From Synechococcus sp. (lineage in GTDB: Bacteria > Cyanobacteriota > Cyanobacteriia > PCC-6307 > Cyanobiaceae): a DNA stretch of 64,000 nucleotides. Numbering within the stretch: position 1 is the stretch's first letter; each line of letters starts with the position of its first letter. Shown one piece after another: positions 12,661 to 23,408 of the stretch. Made by a program: the position numbers and the translations under genes. The notes beneath the pieces were generated by a model. The model was not told the origin of the DNA and did no database searches. It saw nothing but the letters and a program-made list of their open reading frames with translations. Location: contig JBJBDC010000001.1 in assembly GCA_047285535.1 (NCBI GenBank), positions 1,600,136 through 1,664,135 on the forward strand. Direction: 5' to 3'.

Positions 12661-13029
12661 TCAATAGCGAAACTCACGGACCAATTTCCATCGACCTTCG
12701 TTTTTACCTTGTTCCCAGCGCTGACTTCTTATTTCATTGTTTTTAAGGCCTTCGATTTTTCGATCTACTACATTCACAACGCACTTTCTTGAAGAAATTA
12801 CTTCGTTAATTGGCTTTGGTTTGAGTCCTCGTTTTGGCTCCAAGCCAATCTCTTCCCAAGAAACAGACCTTTTAAAAGAAAGTGTGATTCCATTGTCTTT
12901 CCATGTTGAACACGCTTCTTTAGCCTTATCTATAGATGGGTAAAAACATCCCCCTAAACCTAGTATCACCAAGAATGATGTAAGAGTTTTCATACATTGA
13001 AAACATTGCTCTCTACAGCTTACCTTCAT
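12661..13029 (-). CDS. Hypothetical lipoprotein-like protein, paralog of 25196..25720
   Basis: LGGC lipobox-like motif, YPS..KA.EAC..W, SRKC and terminal FRY shared with the 25196 ORF. Confidence 0.65.
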   Translation of the reverse strand: MKVSCREQCFQCMKTLTSFLVILGLGGCFYPSIDKAKEACSTWKDNGITLSFKRSVSWEEIGLEPKRGLKPKPINEVISSRKCVVNVVDRKIEGLKNNEIRSQRWEQGKNEGRWKLVREFRY

Positions 13030-13376
13030 CTCTATAGTGGATGCCCCATTAACGATTGAGGTCGGCCCAACGATCTGATAGGAATGCGATGACGCTAAAA
13101 CCTATTCGACGACAATTACAGCCTAGAGAAGCAAATTTAGAGAATGCACAATGAAATTACTTAGCATTTCAAATTAGATCATTGGCGTAGCGGTACAAAT
13201 AGATGTTCATTGCAAGTACTGGCATCATCATGACAAGTCTTGAAACAATAGTTCGACGCCTTGGATCAAGTGATGAATTTACTCACCAATACTCATGACA
13301 GCTGTAGAGAAATCCAACTACATAAGAGCGATTCATTGGTAGATTATATGGAAGAGTGAGCCACTGGAGATGTCTA

Positions 13377-13601
13377 ATGGAGTTTCATGGAACCTTCCTT
13401 GAGCTTCAAGCTGCTGTAGAGAAACTAGGTATCCCATGCCACTGGGAGCATCGGCACGAGTTTGAATCAGCCTTTTTTGATGACGATATTAGTAACCTTA
13501 AACTAAATTGGTGGCCATCCACAGGAGTGATTCAAATGATAGGTGACCCAGAAGTCCGAACCGAAACGTGGAAACGCCTTCAAGAACTGCTAAATTTATA
13601 G
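13377..13601 (+). CDS. Hypothetical protein (MEFHGTFLELQAAV...)
   Basis: Compact ORF with LNWWPSTG.IQ..G motif, protein-like composition. Confidence 0.65.
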   Translation: MEFHGTFLELQAAVEKLGIPCHWEHRHEFESAFFDDDISNLKLNWWPSTGVIQMIGDPEVRTETWKRLQELLNL

Positions 13602-13716
13602 TCGATCAGCTTCAAGGGTTGATTGAAGAAACAAACCACATTTTAAACGAGGTTTAGTTGTGAATGCTTCAAGAATAACTTCTTTTATGCATTAAAGCTA
13701 AAGAGCAACCAATCTG

Positions 13717-14295
13717 TTATTGAAGCGTTGCGGGTTCCGCTTCATCTTCTCTGAGTTCGGCGTCAATGATCATCATCGCCGCACGCTCACCATTGGCATA
13801 CTTCACCCGGCCCAGCAGGTAAGCGGCTTCATGTTCTGAGGCTCGCTGATCATCAACAACGGGATCAAGGAAAACCGTTGTGCGTTGATCAACATCGCGC
13901 TCTGCTGTGGCATACAGCTGCAGCACAGAACTGGTGACATCCGCTTCCATCTTGAAAACGTTGGCGATCACCTCTTCTGGATCGGGCCATGTCTGGCGAG
14001 GTGCTTCGATCGTATCGAGTTCAACGGTTTGACCCCGGGAGATCAGATAGTCGGCGAATTTTGCGGCATGCTCCTGCTCCTGCTTGGCTTCATTACGCAG
14101 ATGTTCAGCAAAACCAGTGAGTTCGCGCTCTGCAAACCAGACGGCTGCAGCGAAATAGTCAGCAGAGGATTGCCGTTCCAGATTGAGATGGGCCTGGAGC
14201 TGGCTGACCATCTCCGGTGACATGGCTTCTGCCATGGCACGACCAGCAGGTCCGGTGGCGATGCTGATCTTGGCTTGGGTTGTGGATTGAGTCAT
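13717..14295 (-). CDS. ftn: Ferritin
   Basis: HLNLER..S..Y..A.WF, E..HA.KF.DYL..RG, E..VT ferroxidase helices; higher GC than flanks. Confidence 0.92.
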   Translation of the reverse strand: MTQSTTQAKISIATGPAGRAMAEAMSPEMVSQLQAHLNLERQSSADYFAAAVWFAERELTGFAEHLRNEAKQEQEHAAKFADYLISRGQTVELDTIEAPRQTWPDPEEVIANVFKMEADVTSSVLQLYATAERDVDQRTTVFLDPVVDDQRASEHEAAYLLGRVKYANGERAAMMIIDAELREDEAEPATLQ

Positions 14296-14388
14296 GAGGG
14301 TGTCCGAAACGAGGACTCCTCCGTTCTATTACATTTTTTCGACGATGTAAGGAGAATGAACCGAACATTATCAAGACAAGATTTGCTG

Positions 14389-14405
14389 TTGAGAATCACA
14401 ATCAA
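14389..14405. promoter_or_regulatory. Putative Fur box upstream of ferritin
   Basis: TTGAGAATCACAATCAA, an imperfect AT-rich palindrome about 95 nt upstream of the ftn start. Confidence 0.45.
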
Positions 14406-15521
14406 TAGCTGTATTCTTTGCAGTGATTCTGTTCAGCAAGGAGGCTAATTGTTGTTGATACTCTTTTGCAATTAGAACGTGTCAGCTGTCGATGTCTAGG
14501 CAGCAAAAGCGTTTCAACTGTCTACCTGGAAACGAAGGCTCAAAAATTATCGCAGCAAAGTGAATGAGTGAATTATTTATCGTCTTGATCAAAACGTGAT
14601 ATGGATCTATCTCAACCAATAACCTAACTATCCATTCAGCGATATTCAGAACGATCAAGTTCGTAAGTGTCAACACGATGTAAGGGAAAACCGCAACAGG
14701 GTAGGTACCTAGGGAACGAGAAGGATATCGCTGATTTCATCTGAAATGCTCATTACATGAAGAGAGCATCGAGGAGGGGTTTGCAGAAATCAGGGTGAAG
14801 CAGCCACACAAAATAGCTCAAGCTACTGTGAAGGGCCAAAGCAAATCATCCAAAAACTCAAAGCGCTGCAGCGAGGGTGCGTATGAAGCAAAAGCAGCTT
14901 TCATCTTGATGCCTAAGCTTTTCCAGTGGATAACTATGGGCAGTTTTCCATTAACTCAAACTTAGACAAAGCACAAAACCACTGGGTAACAAAGGGATCA
15001 GATGCTTGATAATCTTAGATGAAGGCTAAACCTCGACCCATTAAGCACTGGCAATGCTGTTTTGGGTTCTCTTTTGATTGAAAAACAGATATCCTCTAGA
15101 AAGCAGCAGAAATACAAACATTGTTTTTGGCGACACGATTACCTCAGGCAAGCCTCAGGACCAAAACCAAGTGTAAGCTATAGACAAGCGCTTGAACATC
15201 AAATATTGAAGCACAACATCTTTTTGAATCATATCCAAAAGATGGTTTTTATGGATCTAAGCACATGTAAGCTCATCGAGACCAATCAAGCTAGAAATAG
15301 ATGAAAGGATCAAACGCAGTGACATGTTAAAACCGAATTGAAGCACTAAAATCAATAGTCAATAGTCATACCTGCAATGGAAGCGACGAAAACACATTAG
15401 ACTAAAATAACGTAAAGATATGCGGCAATAGTGCTATTTTTTCCCAAGCAAAACCCTTGGCACTGTGCAGAATTGAAAAAGGTGGGACGTTTCCTCCCTA
15501 TACACTTATCTTGGTGAACTA

Positions 15522-16091
15522 ATGAACCATTCTGATCACGTTCCTGCAGTTGTCTTTCAAACTCGAGTTCGCGATGAAAGCATTGGGGGTTCCAACCCTT
15601 TCAAATGGCAGGATCGTACCTCTGACGAAATTTTTAAAAACAAAAAAATTGTTCTTTTCTCACTTCCTGGAGCATTCACTCCTACTTGTTCCTCGAATCA
15701 TCTACCTCGATACGAAGAACTTTATGATGAATTTCGATCCCAAGGGGTTGATCAAATCATCTGCCTGTCAGTTAATGATGCCTTTGTGATGTTCCAATGG
15801 GGAAAACATATTGGGGTGAAAAATATCTTTTTACTGCCAGATGGAAATGGTGATTTTACTCGCCAGATGGGAATGCTTGTTGACAAAGAAAACCTGGGTT
15901 TTGGAATGCGTTCATGGAGATATTCAATGCTGGTAAATAATGGACGCATTGAGAAGCTGTTTGTTGAACCAGGCTTTTCTGACAACTGCCCTAGCGATCC
16001 ATTTGAAGTGTCAGATGCCGATACGATGCTTGCCTATTTAAAAGGTGAAACCTCATCAGGGATAGCGAAACCCCATGATTTCATAGGATAA
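15522..16091 (+). CDS. Peroxiredoxin (Prx5/type II family)
   Basis: [33 protein letters not shown]. Confidence 0.95.
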   Translation: MNHSDHVPAVVFQTRVRDESIGGSNPFKWQDRTSDEIFKNKKIVLFSLPGAFTPTCSSNHLPRYEELYDEFRSQGVDQIICLSVNDAFVMFQWGKHIGVKNIFLLPDGNGDFTRQMGMLVDKENLGFGMRSWRYSMLVNNGRIEKLFVEPGFSDNCPSDPFEVSDADTMLAYLKGETSSGIAKPHDFIG

Positions 16092-17466
16092 CAACTTCAA
16101 TTAATAAATCCAAACGTTTACGCTAAGAGTTGATTAAATAGAGCATCATTACTAAAAATCTATCCTTTCAAAAGACAAGCATTTTATCGCTAACCAACAC
16201 ACTGCCAAATCCTTCTCATGTTTTACCGCGAGGGATTTGGCTCTTAACATGCGACAGGAAAGCCAATAATCAAAAACTTAGTGACGTGCAAGTAAAACAA
16301 ATTTCCCTGGTCAAGGCTTTCAATATTTTGACACGCTCAATTAAGAATCATGTTGGACATCACAGATCATACCTATACTTAGGGAAGCAGGACTCTGTCA
16401 TGCAGATAAATAAGTGCTGGCAGGAACAATACAAGCAGTAACAATCGTTAACCTTGCTTATTCACTCTGAGGGCCGACAAAACAGATTTAGGTGGCATTA
16501 TTCCTCATCGAGAAAAGAAGGAAACCATCAAGTCTGAGCAATTTTTTTTGATTACCCCTAAACAGGCATTAGAGAACTGAGCAACAAAGCCCCTATGAAG
16601 AATGATCGTCAGTCAATTAATTGGAGACTTAGGGATAAAGAAAAACACATACAAGAGAGTATTTTCAAAGGATAAAAGTAAGAGAATGGGTGATTTAGAT
16701 GAAGTTTACTTTAGGTCGTATTTATGAGCAGCAGCTGCCTCCATGAACCAGACTCCTATAGTGAGTCGACTTGCTCTTGCTTGAGCTGTTTGGCAAGAGA
16801 ATGGGACTATTAGTAATGACTAACTCTCAACTGTGTGAAGTGCGAATCATTTCTAGCCCTTTGAGGAGAAACGGGAACTAGAGTATTTCATTTGGCCACT
16901 TCTTCGATTATTGGTTCTATCCTGCCAAGCAAAAAGACTTATGACAGAAAGCCTTGAGAGAGTAATAACTCAGACACGAGAAAGAGAGTGCCAGGGATTT
17001 GCTGCCTGTGGAAGGGGTCTAAAGAGCTAATCTTACGTTCCTACAAAGGTATGAATAGAAATTGTCAGTAGTTACAAACAATGGCGTGCCAGTCTCTAGG
17101 TCGGCAAGAGAGCATATCCCTACTGAGGACGTCTGGTCAGCAAAGGATGCAACAGAAGCCTTGATCAATGTGTTGGACTACGCAAAAAACAATCACATCT
17201 CCCATGGCTCGTAGGGCATCGGATCGAGCCACGTGAGTATGGCTACATAGGTGCTCACATCGTGAACTGGTCATCAGGGATACATTCTCTAGCCCTATGG
17301 ACATAATGTCTTAACCAATGAATTGGCAAAGACATGGGCCTTTCTAGAAAAGTTCTGCTATAAATGAGTATCTCCTTCATCTAGGGTTGATTTTGGACTC
17401 AGATCACAAGTGATCATTTCATGTCCAAATCAAAATTAAGATTCAATTACTACCTGAATCCCTCAC

Positions 17467-17661
17467 ATGTCTGACATCACTGACAAGTACGAGAAGTACA
17501 AAGTTCCCTACAGCACTAACGAGAAGCATTCTCCTGATGAGTTTAACCCCAAGGAAAATGGCGGTCTGGACAATCCAGAAAATAGACACAAGGACAAATT
17601 ACTCGACGATATTTGCGACACTCATCCTGGGTCGCCGATGTGCAAAGTTTTCGACTGCTGA
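17467..17661 (+). CDS. CP12-like protein (C-terminal Cys pair only)
   Basis: C-terminal DICDTHPGSPMCKVFD matches the CP12 CxxxPxxxxCxxY/FD motif; acidic, disordered N-terminus. Confidence 0.75.
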   Translation: MSDITDKYEKYKVPYSTNEKHSPDEFNPKENGGLDNPENRHKDKLLDDICDTHPGSPMCKVFDC

Positions 17662-19302
17662 TTGGCAATTTTAATCCATTCATCGGTTTCAAATACCACT
17701 GAATACAAAATTCACTTCACTAAATTCTGTCCAGAAAATACATAGACCAACCGCCTTTGAGGCAAACAACCTCAACAATTGATTGTTTTTTATTTAATCC
17801 AATCACATTCTAGTGCCGAGGTACGCTTACGTCAAACAATAAACAATTCTTTGGCCATTATTGGCAGCATAAATGCGCTCCAATGACACTAATTCATAAA
17901 GAATAGAAGGGAATAAAGCCGTTAATTAGAGTAAATAGTGTCCTATACTTCAGTTTTAGCTTCAAAAATATGTTCTCTTCCCTAGGAAAAATTTAAACAT
18001 CATAACTGCTTCAATCAATCGCCAATATGGGGATTGCATCTTGTTGTTTATTAAGGATGAAGCTGATCTGATCAGTAACAGGAATATTAAAACAGGCAAA
18101 ACGGAAATAGTCTCAAACCCTATACAGGATTGCCAATCCCACGTCATCTCAATTAAACACAACCTGTCCCTACACTATGCAACTGATAAAGAGACCGAAC
18201 AGAATCAAACATATAAAATCACTATTCACTGATCAAAAAGACCTGGATTGACTTTAAACGGAAGGCAAGAACAAAGCAATATATATTAATTAAAGCATCC
18301 AATCATTCCACAGTTCTCGAGATCAGCAGGCTGAAAAAAGGTGTAATCCGTAGTAGTAGCATAAGCAAGAATTCTTATTAAGCAAATTCGAGCATAAAAT
18401 TAGCAGCCTAAGATTTGATGTGCTTGAAAGATTACATACTCAACCACTCAAACCAAATAACCTGAAAAAGAATAGACGTAATAAGGGCACAAATGTATGT
18501 TTCTTTCGGATCCTTCGTTTGAGTGATCCCCTGCGCTGCCAGCCTTTTTAATCCCTTTTTGCGATAAAAGGGTTGGATGTCACCATACAGATGCAAGGCA
18601 AGCGCAATAACAAGAATTTTACCAATGAACTTCAGTGCTTGATAAATCATTTGAGCTCGCAGAGTCGACCTGGTTGACACTTAAAAGTTATAACTTACGA
18701 AACGCGATAAAAATAGAAACAGATTAGAACTTAACCATGCGACCATGGAAGCATGGGAAGAACTCACGTACTACAGAAGGCTAGCGTGCCTTGTCTTATA
18801 TTCTCAAGGAATTCATTCCACGAAGAAAGAATCTACATTGATTATGAATCCGGAAGGAAATGATCCAGCATCCCAAGCTATTATAAGTGCAGCACAGGTA
18901 AGCTCTTTTGATTTTTCAATGGGATAGCTTCTGGGAAGAACTACCTGATGTCATTTCTGCATTGGTACTACTATTAATTTACGGTTCTGTTATTATTCAG
19001 GAATCGAATAAACAGCCTATACCAGTTCTTAAAAGCTTCGGCTTAGTCCTCAAGAACTGGAAGATATTGATATACACACTGGTATTCGCTCTGCTAATTT
19101 CAAGAACCTAGAGTCAATGCAAGCACTGACATTTTTAATAAACAAAGCATTAATCTATATCTTACTCATGCCGATTAGTTTTTGGTTATCATCTCACAAT
19201 AGGTCTTGACTCAAGGCGGAGAGAAAAGAGACTTCCATAAGCCAAGATAAAAGTTGCATATACACCTAAACCAGGTATTATCAGAAAAATATATTCCCTT
19301 TG

Positions 19303-19632
19303 ATGGTCAAACTAGTCCGCGTCAAAGAATGATCAAAAATAGCTGGGGTGTGTTCCGGACTTGAGGCCTGCGACAACGGATCTTCTCTTCTTTGGCGGTT
19401 AGCATTTGTGCTTCTGGCTTTATTTGGTGGCGTTGGGCTGTTAATTTACGTGGTAATGGCAATTATTCTTCCCGAAGAAAAAACTGTCCAAGATGCAAAA
19501 AAGATCTCATCAATAAGAGTCAATGCTGAACAGATTGAAGAACAACTACGACACCTTGAGTCCATGAAAGAAAAAGGTCTTATAGATGAAAGTGAATACC
19601 AGAAGCTCCGCAAAAGAACTATTGGCCTCTGA
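19303..19632 (+). pseudogene. PspC-domain + SHOCT protein with in-frame TGA at 19330-19332
   Basis: MVKLVRVKE*SKIAGVCSGL..WRLAFV..YVVMAIILP (PspC) and L..MKEKGLIDESEYQKLR (SHOCT). Confidence 0.75.
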
Positions 19633-19967
19633 TCTGAATTTTCAAAGCATTGTCTCTGTGCTTGAATAAAAAGTGTATTTTCATCGGTAAGATTCAGACA
19701 TCGTAAAAAGAACCTGTGCCAGAATTATGGAGTTCTTCGAAGTCAAGCTATCAATTGATAGAGGATGAATGGCTGGGTTTGGCGCAAAACAACCCCGGTG
19801 CAGTGGTTGGTGCTGTGTCGCAGCTGGACAAGCTTTGTGGGTTGTCTCCTCCCAAGCGGAGTTCGCTCTGCATCAGAGAGCTGATTGGGATTGAATTCGG
19901 TTGTTTCGCCAGTCAGGATTCGGTTCCTACTCTCGAGAATCTGCAAACGTCCCTTAAACTTGTTTCA

Positions 19968-20022
19968 CGTTGGTCCCTTAAAAGGGACGCAGTTCGATCT
20001 CAAACAAGCAACGGGGTTTGAG
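19968..20022 (+). promoter_or_regulatory. Glutamine-II (Downstream-peptide) riboswitch, copy 1
   Basis: CGTTG..CAACG P1, TCCCT/AGGGA P2, CGCAGTTCGA junction, CTCAAAC/GTTTGAG pseudoknot; lies just upstream of a small peptide ORF. Confidence 0.85.
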
Positions 20023-20040
20023 GCGCTGTCGGTCGTTCCC

Positions 20041-20187
20041 ATGAACACCCTCCTCCTGATCAAAGAAAAAGAGCTGAAGGCACAACGCCTGCTTGATGCT
20101 CAGCTCAGTTTCGCTGCCCATTCCGAGGGCATCGATTACACCTCTGCGCATCAGTCACCAGCCAAGCTTGCTTCATCGTCTGACTAA
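20041..20187 (+). CDS. 48-aa DUF4278-like peptide, copy 1
   Basis: MNTLLLIKEK...LLDAQL...EGIDYT; lies downstream of the riboswitch and is followed by a terminator. Confidence 0.8.
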   Translation: MNTLLLIKEKELKAQRLLDAQLSFAAHSEGIDYTSAHQSPAKLASSSD

Positions 20188-20213
20188 TCTTCAGCTGGTT
20201 TGGTTGTAACGCT

Positions 20214-20238
20214 AACCCCGCCATCAGCGGGGTTTTTT
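20214..20238 (+). terminator. Intrinsic terminator
   Basis: AACCCCGC-CATCA-GCGGGGTT followed by a T tract. Confidence 0.8.
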
Positions 20239-20299
20239 AGTGCCTGATGAACTGTCAGAAACCCAGAAACCACAGACTGCAGCTGGCTTGGTCGGCCCC

Positions 20300-20406
20300 T
20301 ATGAGCAAGATCACAGCGCTGCTTGATTCAAGACATTAACTCTCCGATTGATTCAGACGATGGTGTGTGCATCGGAGGGAGACCTCCACAATCCTTACTC
20401 AAAACG
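20300..20406 (+). promoter_or_regulatory. Conserved leader of CCRG-2 gene with CRP-like box TATGA-N6-TCACA (20300..20315)
   Basis: Homologous to the reverse complement of 61109..61216. Confidence 0.6.
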
Positions 20407-20595
20407 ATGACTAACAACGAACTCACACTCGATCAACTGCAATCAGTCAGCGGAGGCATCAATCGGCAACCATACCCAAATATGCCTAGGAGAAATTGGA
20501 TGCAGACGTCAAACAATATGAGTGGACAGAAAGCATTCCTTCCATGGCATCGGTCAAGGAAATCATTCCGCTCTTATCCGATCAGTGAGTGGTGA
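20407..20595 (+). CDS. CCRG-2 family RiPP-like precursor, copy 1
   Basis: Leader MTNNELTLDQLQSVSGG (double-Gly) followed by a variable basic core. Confidence 0.85.
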   Translation: MTNNELTLDQLQSVSGGINRQPYPNMPRRNWMQTSNNMSGQKAFLPWHRSRKSFRSYPISEW

Positions 20596-20739
20596 TAGCA
20601 AGAGTCATTACAAACAATTTGATAATTATGAATCCCACGCTCTAATCAGCCGTCTTTGCTCAAGCCCTGAATGCCATGTAGGTGCTCTACCAAAGCTTGG
20701 TCTTTGCCTGAGTGGTTGAGCTCCCTCAATTTGCTTCGA

Positions 20740-20796
20740 CGGAGAGGGTCGGATTCGAACCGATCGAGTAACGGAGAGGGAGGGATTCGATCCCTC
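20740..20796 (-). mobile_element. Two tandem tRNA-Ser 3'-end fragments (att-site scars)
   Basis: Reverse complements GGTTCGAATCCGACCCTCTCCG (20740-20761) and GAGGGATCGAATCCCTCCCTCTCCG (20772-20796): T-arm plus acceptor strand only. Confidence 0.75.
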
Positions 20797-21158
20797 TGCT
20801 CCTATGCCACTCAAGAGGATTAGAGCCGCTGCTTCTATTGAGCTTGAACCGATAGAAGCACGCGACTCCCAATCTATGGACAATCGTCGGGCCCATCATC
20901 CGAAGGTCTGACCTAAGAAATCAAATACCAGAAAAGCTGAAAATGCCTGCTGCAGCACACAAAAATATCGTTGATCCTATGGTTCTACTTGTTGATCTTT
21001 GGATAAGATATTCACTTGCCTACTATGAGCGAAGAATTGGCTCTGGTGGCAGGGGAGGTTATGAGTGATTGCCATTACTAACTTCCACACCTGAGACGAC
21101 TAACTGGTAAAAACAACTTGATGACGATAACATCAGGTTAGTGCCTCTTGACGGGAAA

Positions 21159-21497
21159 TCACCCAAAAGTGCGTCCATTCCAACCCCAGTCCGAAGCATT
21201 GATATCAGTAAAACCAATGTAAATACGGTCCTTAGAAATACCCAAATCTGTCTGAATCAACTCACAGAATTGATCTGACATTGCCGGGGGAGTCAAAGCT
21301 CCAATCGACTTGATTTCGACATAAGCACAGGGTGCATCACTGCCTGCGAAGGTCATAGGAACGCCAGAGTTCAAAAGAGTCATGACATACGACTCAGGCT
21401 TTCCAGTAGCATTAGCGAGAGTTGTTGATAGCTTTTTTAGGAGAGCATCAGGAGCCTGGACATCCGAAAGATTCGTCCTGACGTTGATAAGCGGCAT
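21159..21497 (-). CDS. MIF/phenylpyruvate tautomerase family protein
   Basis: N-terminal MP (catalytic Pro1), TGKPESYV, EIKSIG, DRIYI.F.D, WGWNG.TF; real start at 21497, not 21773. Confidence 0.93.
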   Translation of the reverse strand: MPLINVRTNLSDVQAPDALLKKLSTTLANATGKPESYVMTLLNSGVPMTFAGSDAPCAYVEIKSIGALTPPAMSDQFCELIQTDLGISKDRIYIGFTDINASDWGWNGRTFG

Positions 21498-21739
21498 CTG
21501 TAGCGAGAGAATAGATCCACATGATGGCCCTAAACTCTCATCACTGCATAGGTCATTGATCATTGCTGGCGTCCTCATGTCACAACAGCTGCTCAGCGCC
21601 AAACTGAGGGTATGAAACGCCTCCTGCTCCAGCTGCTTCGGAACCTCAGGGGCAAGTCCTCGAAACCCCCGCTCCATACGCCGGCGGAATTGGAGTACTT
21701 CAAACGCGATGCCCTTGACAATAGAGGCAAGCACTACTG

Positions 21740-21925
21740 ATGCAGGGAGCATTTGAGCTTGGGCTGCTTGCAATCATTTTTCTCGCTCTCCAGATTTGGT
21801 GGCTGAGCAAGGTCTTTTTGAATCGTCCACGGCAGCCGAGACCGATGGGTGCTTCAAAGACAATGCAAGCCAATTCTCTTCAAAACAAACGTAATTCTCT
21901 CGAAAAGATCTTTGGACAATCCTGA
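21740..21925 (+). CDS. Small single-pass membrane protein
   Basis: N-terminal TM helix ending LQIWWL, basic tail ending LEKIF. Confidence 0.6.
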   Translation: MQGAFELGLLAIIFLALQIWWLSKVFLNRPRQPRPMGASKTMQANSLQNKRNSLEKIFGQS

Positions 21926-21985
21926 TAGCCACCACGGCCCTCAATGAGTCCCCATTAGCCCCTTAACTGATCAACTCGAATGTCC

Positions 21986-22279
21986 TTAGAAGTAGATAAG
22001 GCTTGATCGGCACAAGCGAAGCGCCTCCCGTGCCGAATCCAGCGAGGCCTTGCTTGGCGTGGCCAAACCGTTTGGAACCACAAGTGCGCCATTGAGATCC
22101 AGTCGAACCCGCGCAGAGAACCAGGATCCACCGCCAGGAACAAATGCACGGCAAACGTGATTGTGTTCGCTATCCAGCTTGCGCTCAATCACCCAACCAT
22201 CGACGCGATCAATTGTCTGAAAACTCTGAGCAAGTGCGGATGTTCCCATCAGCGCAAGAAGTGGCAAGTTGCGTTTCAT
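21986..22279 (-). CDS. Secreted hypothetical protein
   Basis: Signal peptide (ALA|Q), Cys pair, GWVIERK and SWFSARVRL motifs. Confidence 0.65.
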   Translation of the reverse strand: MKRNLPLLALMGTSALAQSFQTIDRVDGWVIERKLDSEHNHVCRAFVPGGGSWFSARVRLDLNGALVVPNGLATPSKASLDSAREALRLCRSSLIYF

Positions 22280-23264
22280 CAGACCAGCTTGTCGGAGTCA
22301 GTCAATGGAGAAGGTGCATGCATTGCCCTAGCGGTTGCATTGATCCCCAAGCATGCCATCCAGGCACGTTGGAAAAGCTTTTAACATTGCGCTCTGAAAA
22401 ACCCTCACTCTTGTCTAGCGTTTTCGAAACCTACAGTGTTTGGCTCAAACTCCAAGATCATGATTAGAAGGTGATCGATGTGCTGGGTGATCTCTACTGC
22501 AGTAACACTGTTCATCTTCAATCAGACTCATTTTGCTTGTAAAGATGGGGCAGGTTTAATCTCCAGCAGTAATCCGCGAATTTGCGTAAAAAACTCACTC
22601 AACCATGAAGTGACATGCATGGTTCTGATTGAGTGAGTCCGCATTCAGACAGTTTTTTCTGCATGGCTCCCATAGCAATCGATCAATTTTGTCTCTAGGT
22701 ACGCAATATCTGTATCTCTCAGGTGTTGAAAAATCGACTGGATCGCTCGAGCTCGCGTGAGCGGGAGACATCAGAGCCATGGAAATAGAGTCGAGTGTTG
22801 TGCGAATCATGTGTTCAATCTTCGTCAGTGTCTTCATTAATCCCAACCTTGTCGGCGCAATCTTGGACAGTGAGAATCTCATCGAGATCTATCTTCTGAC
22901 GTTGAGGCGGTGTGCAGAGGGCCGTTTCAGATTTGCCGGCAATGGATTGATGGTGCTCCTGAATGCGAAGAACCACTGTCCTAGCTAGTGAGAACAGAAA
23001 GGATAGAACTCAGCTTCGCTCTTGTGCTTGCTATTTAAATCGTTTGCCGTTTCGTTCACATACAGCTCCATCAATGTGTTGATGTTCTTGTCTGGTTTCT
23101 GATGCGTTGAACCTTAAGTGGAAGCATGGTTCATCGAATCCAAGGACATGATGCGCGAACCTCCAACAGAGGCAAGCAGGGCCGGAGGCAACCACGCGCT
23201 GCTGGATGTTGGAGCCATTCAAGGAACGTTCTCCCACGATTCGCCCGTAGGGATCAGTTGCTGG

Positions 23265-23408
23265 TTAGGCAGCCTCTGCGTCTTGCTCCTCATATAAAGC
23301 CTTGAGCTGATCCAGCTCGGCTATCAAATATTGGATCTCAATCCAGTCGGTAGAAGCATCAATGGCGCTTTCCAGCCGATCAATCTGATGCTTTAGAAGA
23401 AAGGACAT
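23265..23408 (-). CDS. 47-aa acidic helical protein (MSFLLKHQIDRLESAIDASTDW...)
   Basis: Manually translated ATG..TAA, amphipathic helical-hairpin pattern; below the ORF-track length cutoff. Confidence 0.6.
   Translation of the reverse strand: MSFLLKHQIDRLESAIDASTDWIEIQYLIAELDQLKALYEEQDAEAA

Larger units (their letters stand above)
19750..20260. repeat. ~500-bp repeat, copy 1 (inverted copy at 46762..47272)
   Basis: Near-identical reverse complement; ORFs 19885..20187 and 46837..47139 differ by one residue. Confidence 0.95.

Noticed and set aside
19885..20040. N-terminal half of the 100-aa ORFs 19885..20187 and 46837..47139
   Set aside because: This stretch is promoter/riboswitch sequence; the credible start is ATG 20041 (and 46983).
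20740..20796. Intact tRNA gene
   Set aside because: Only T-arm and 3' acceptor strand are present; no D or anticodon arm on that strand.
21498..21773. N-terminal extension of the 204-aa MIF ORF
   Set aside because: MIF-family enzymes need Pro at position 1 after Met removal, and the extension overlaps an opposite-strand gene.
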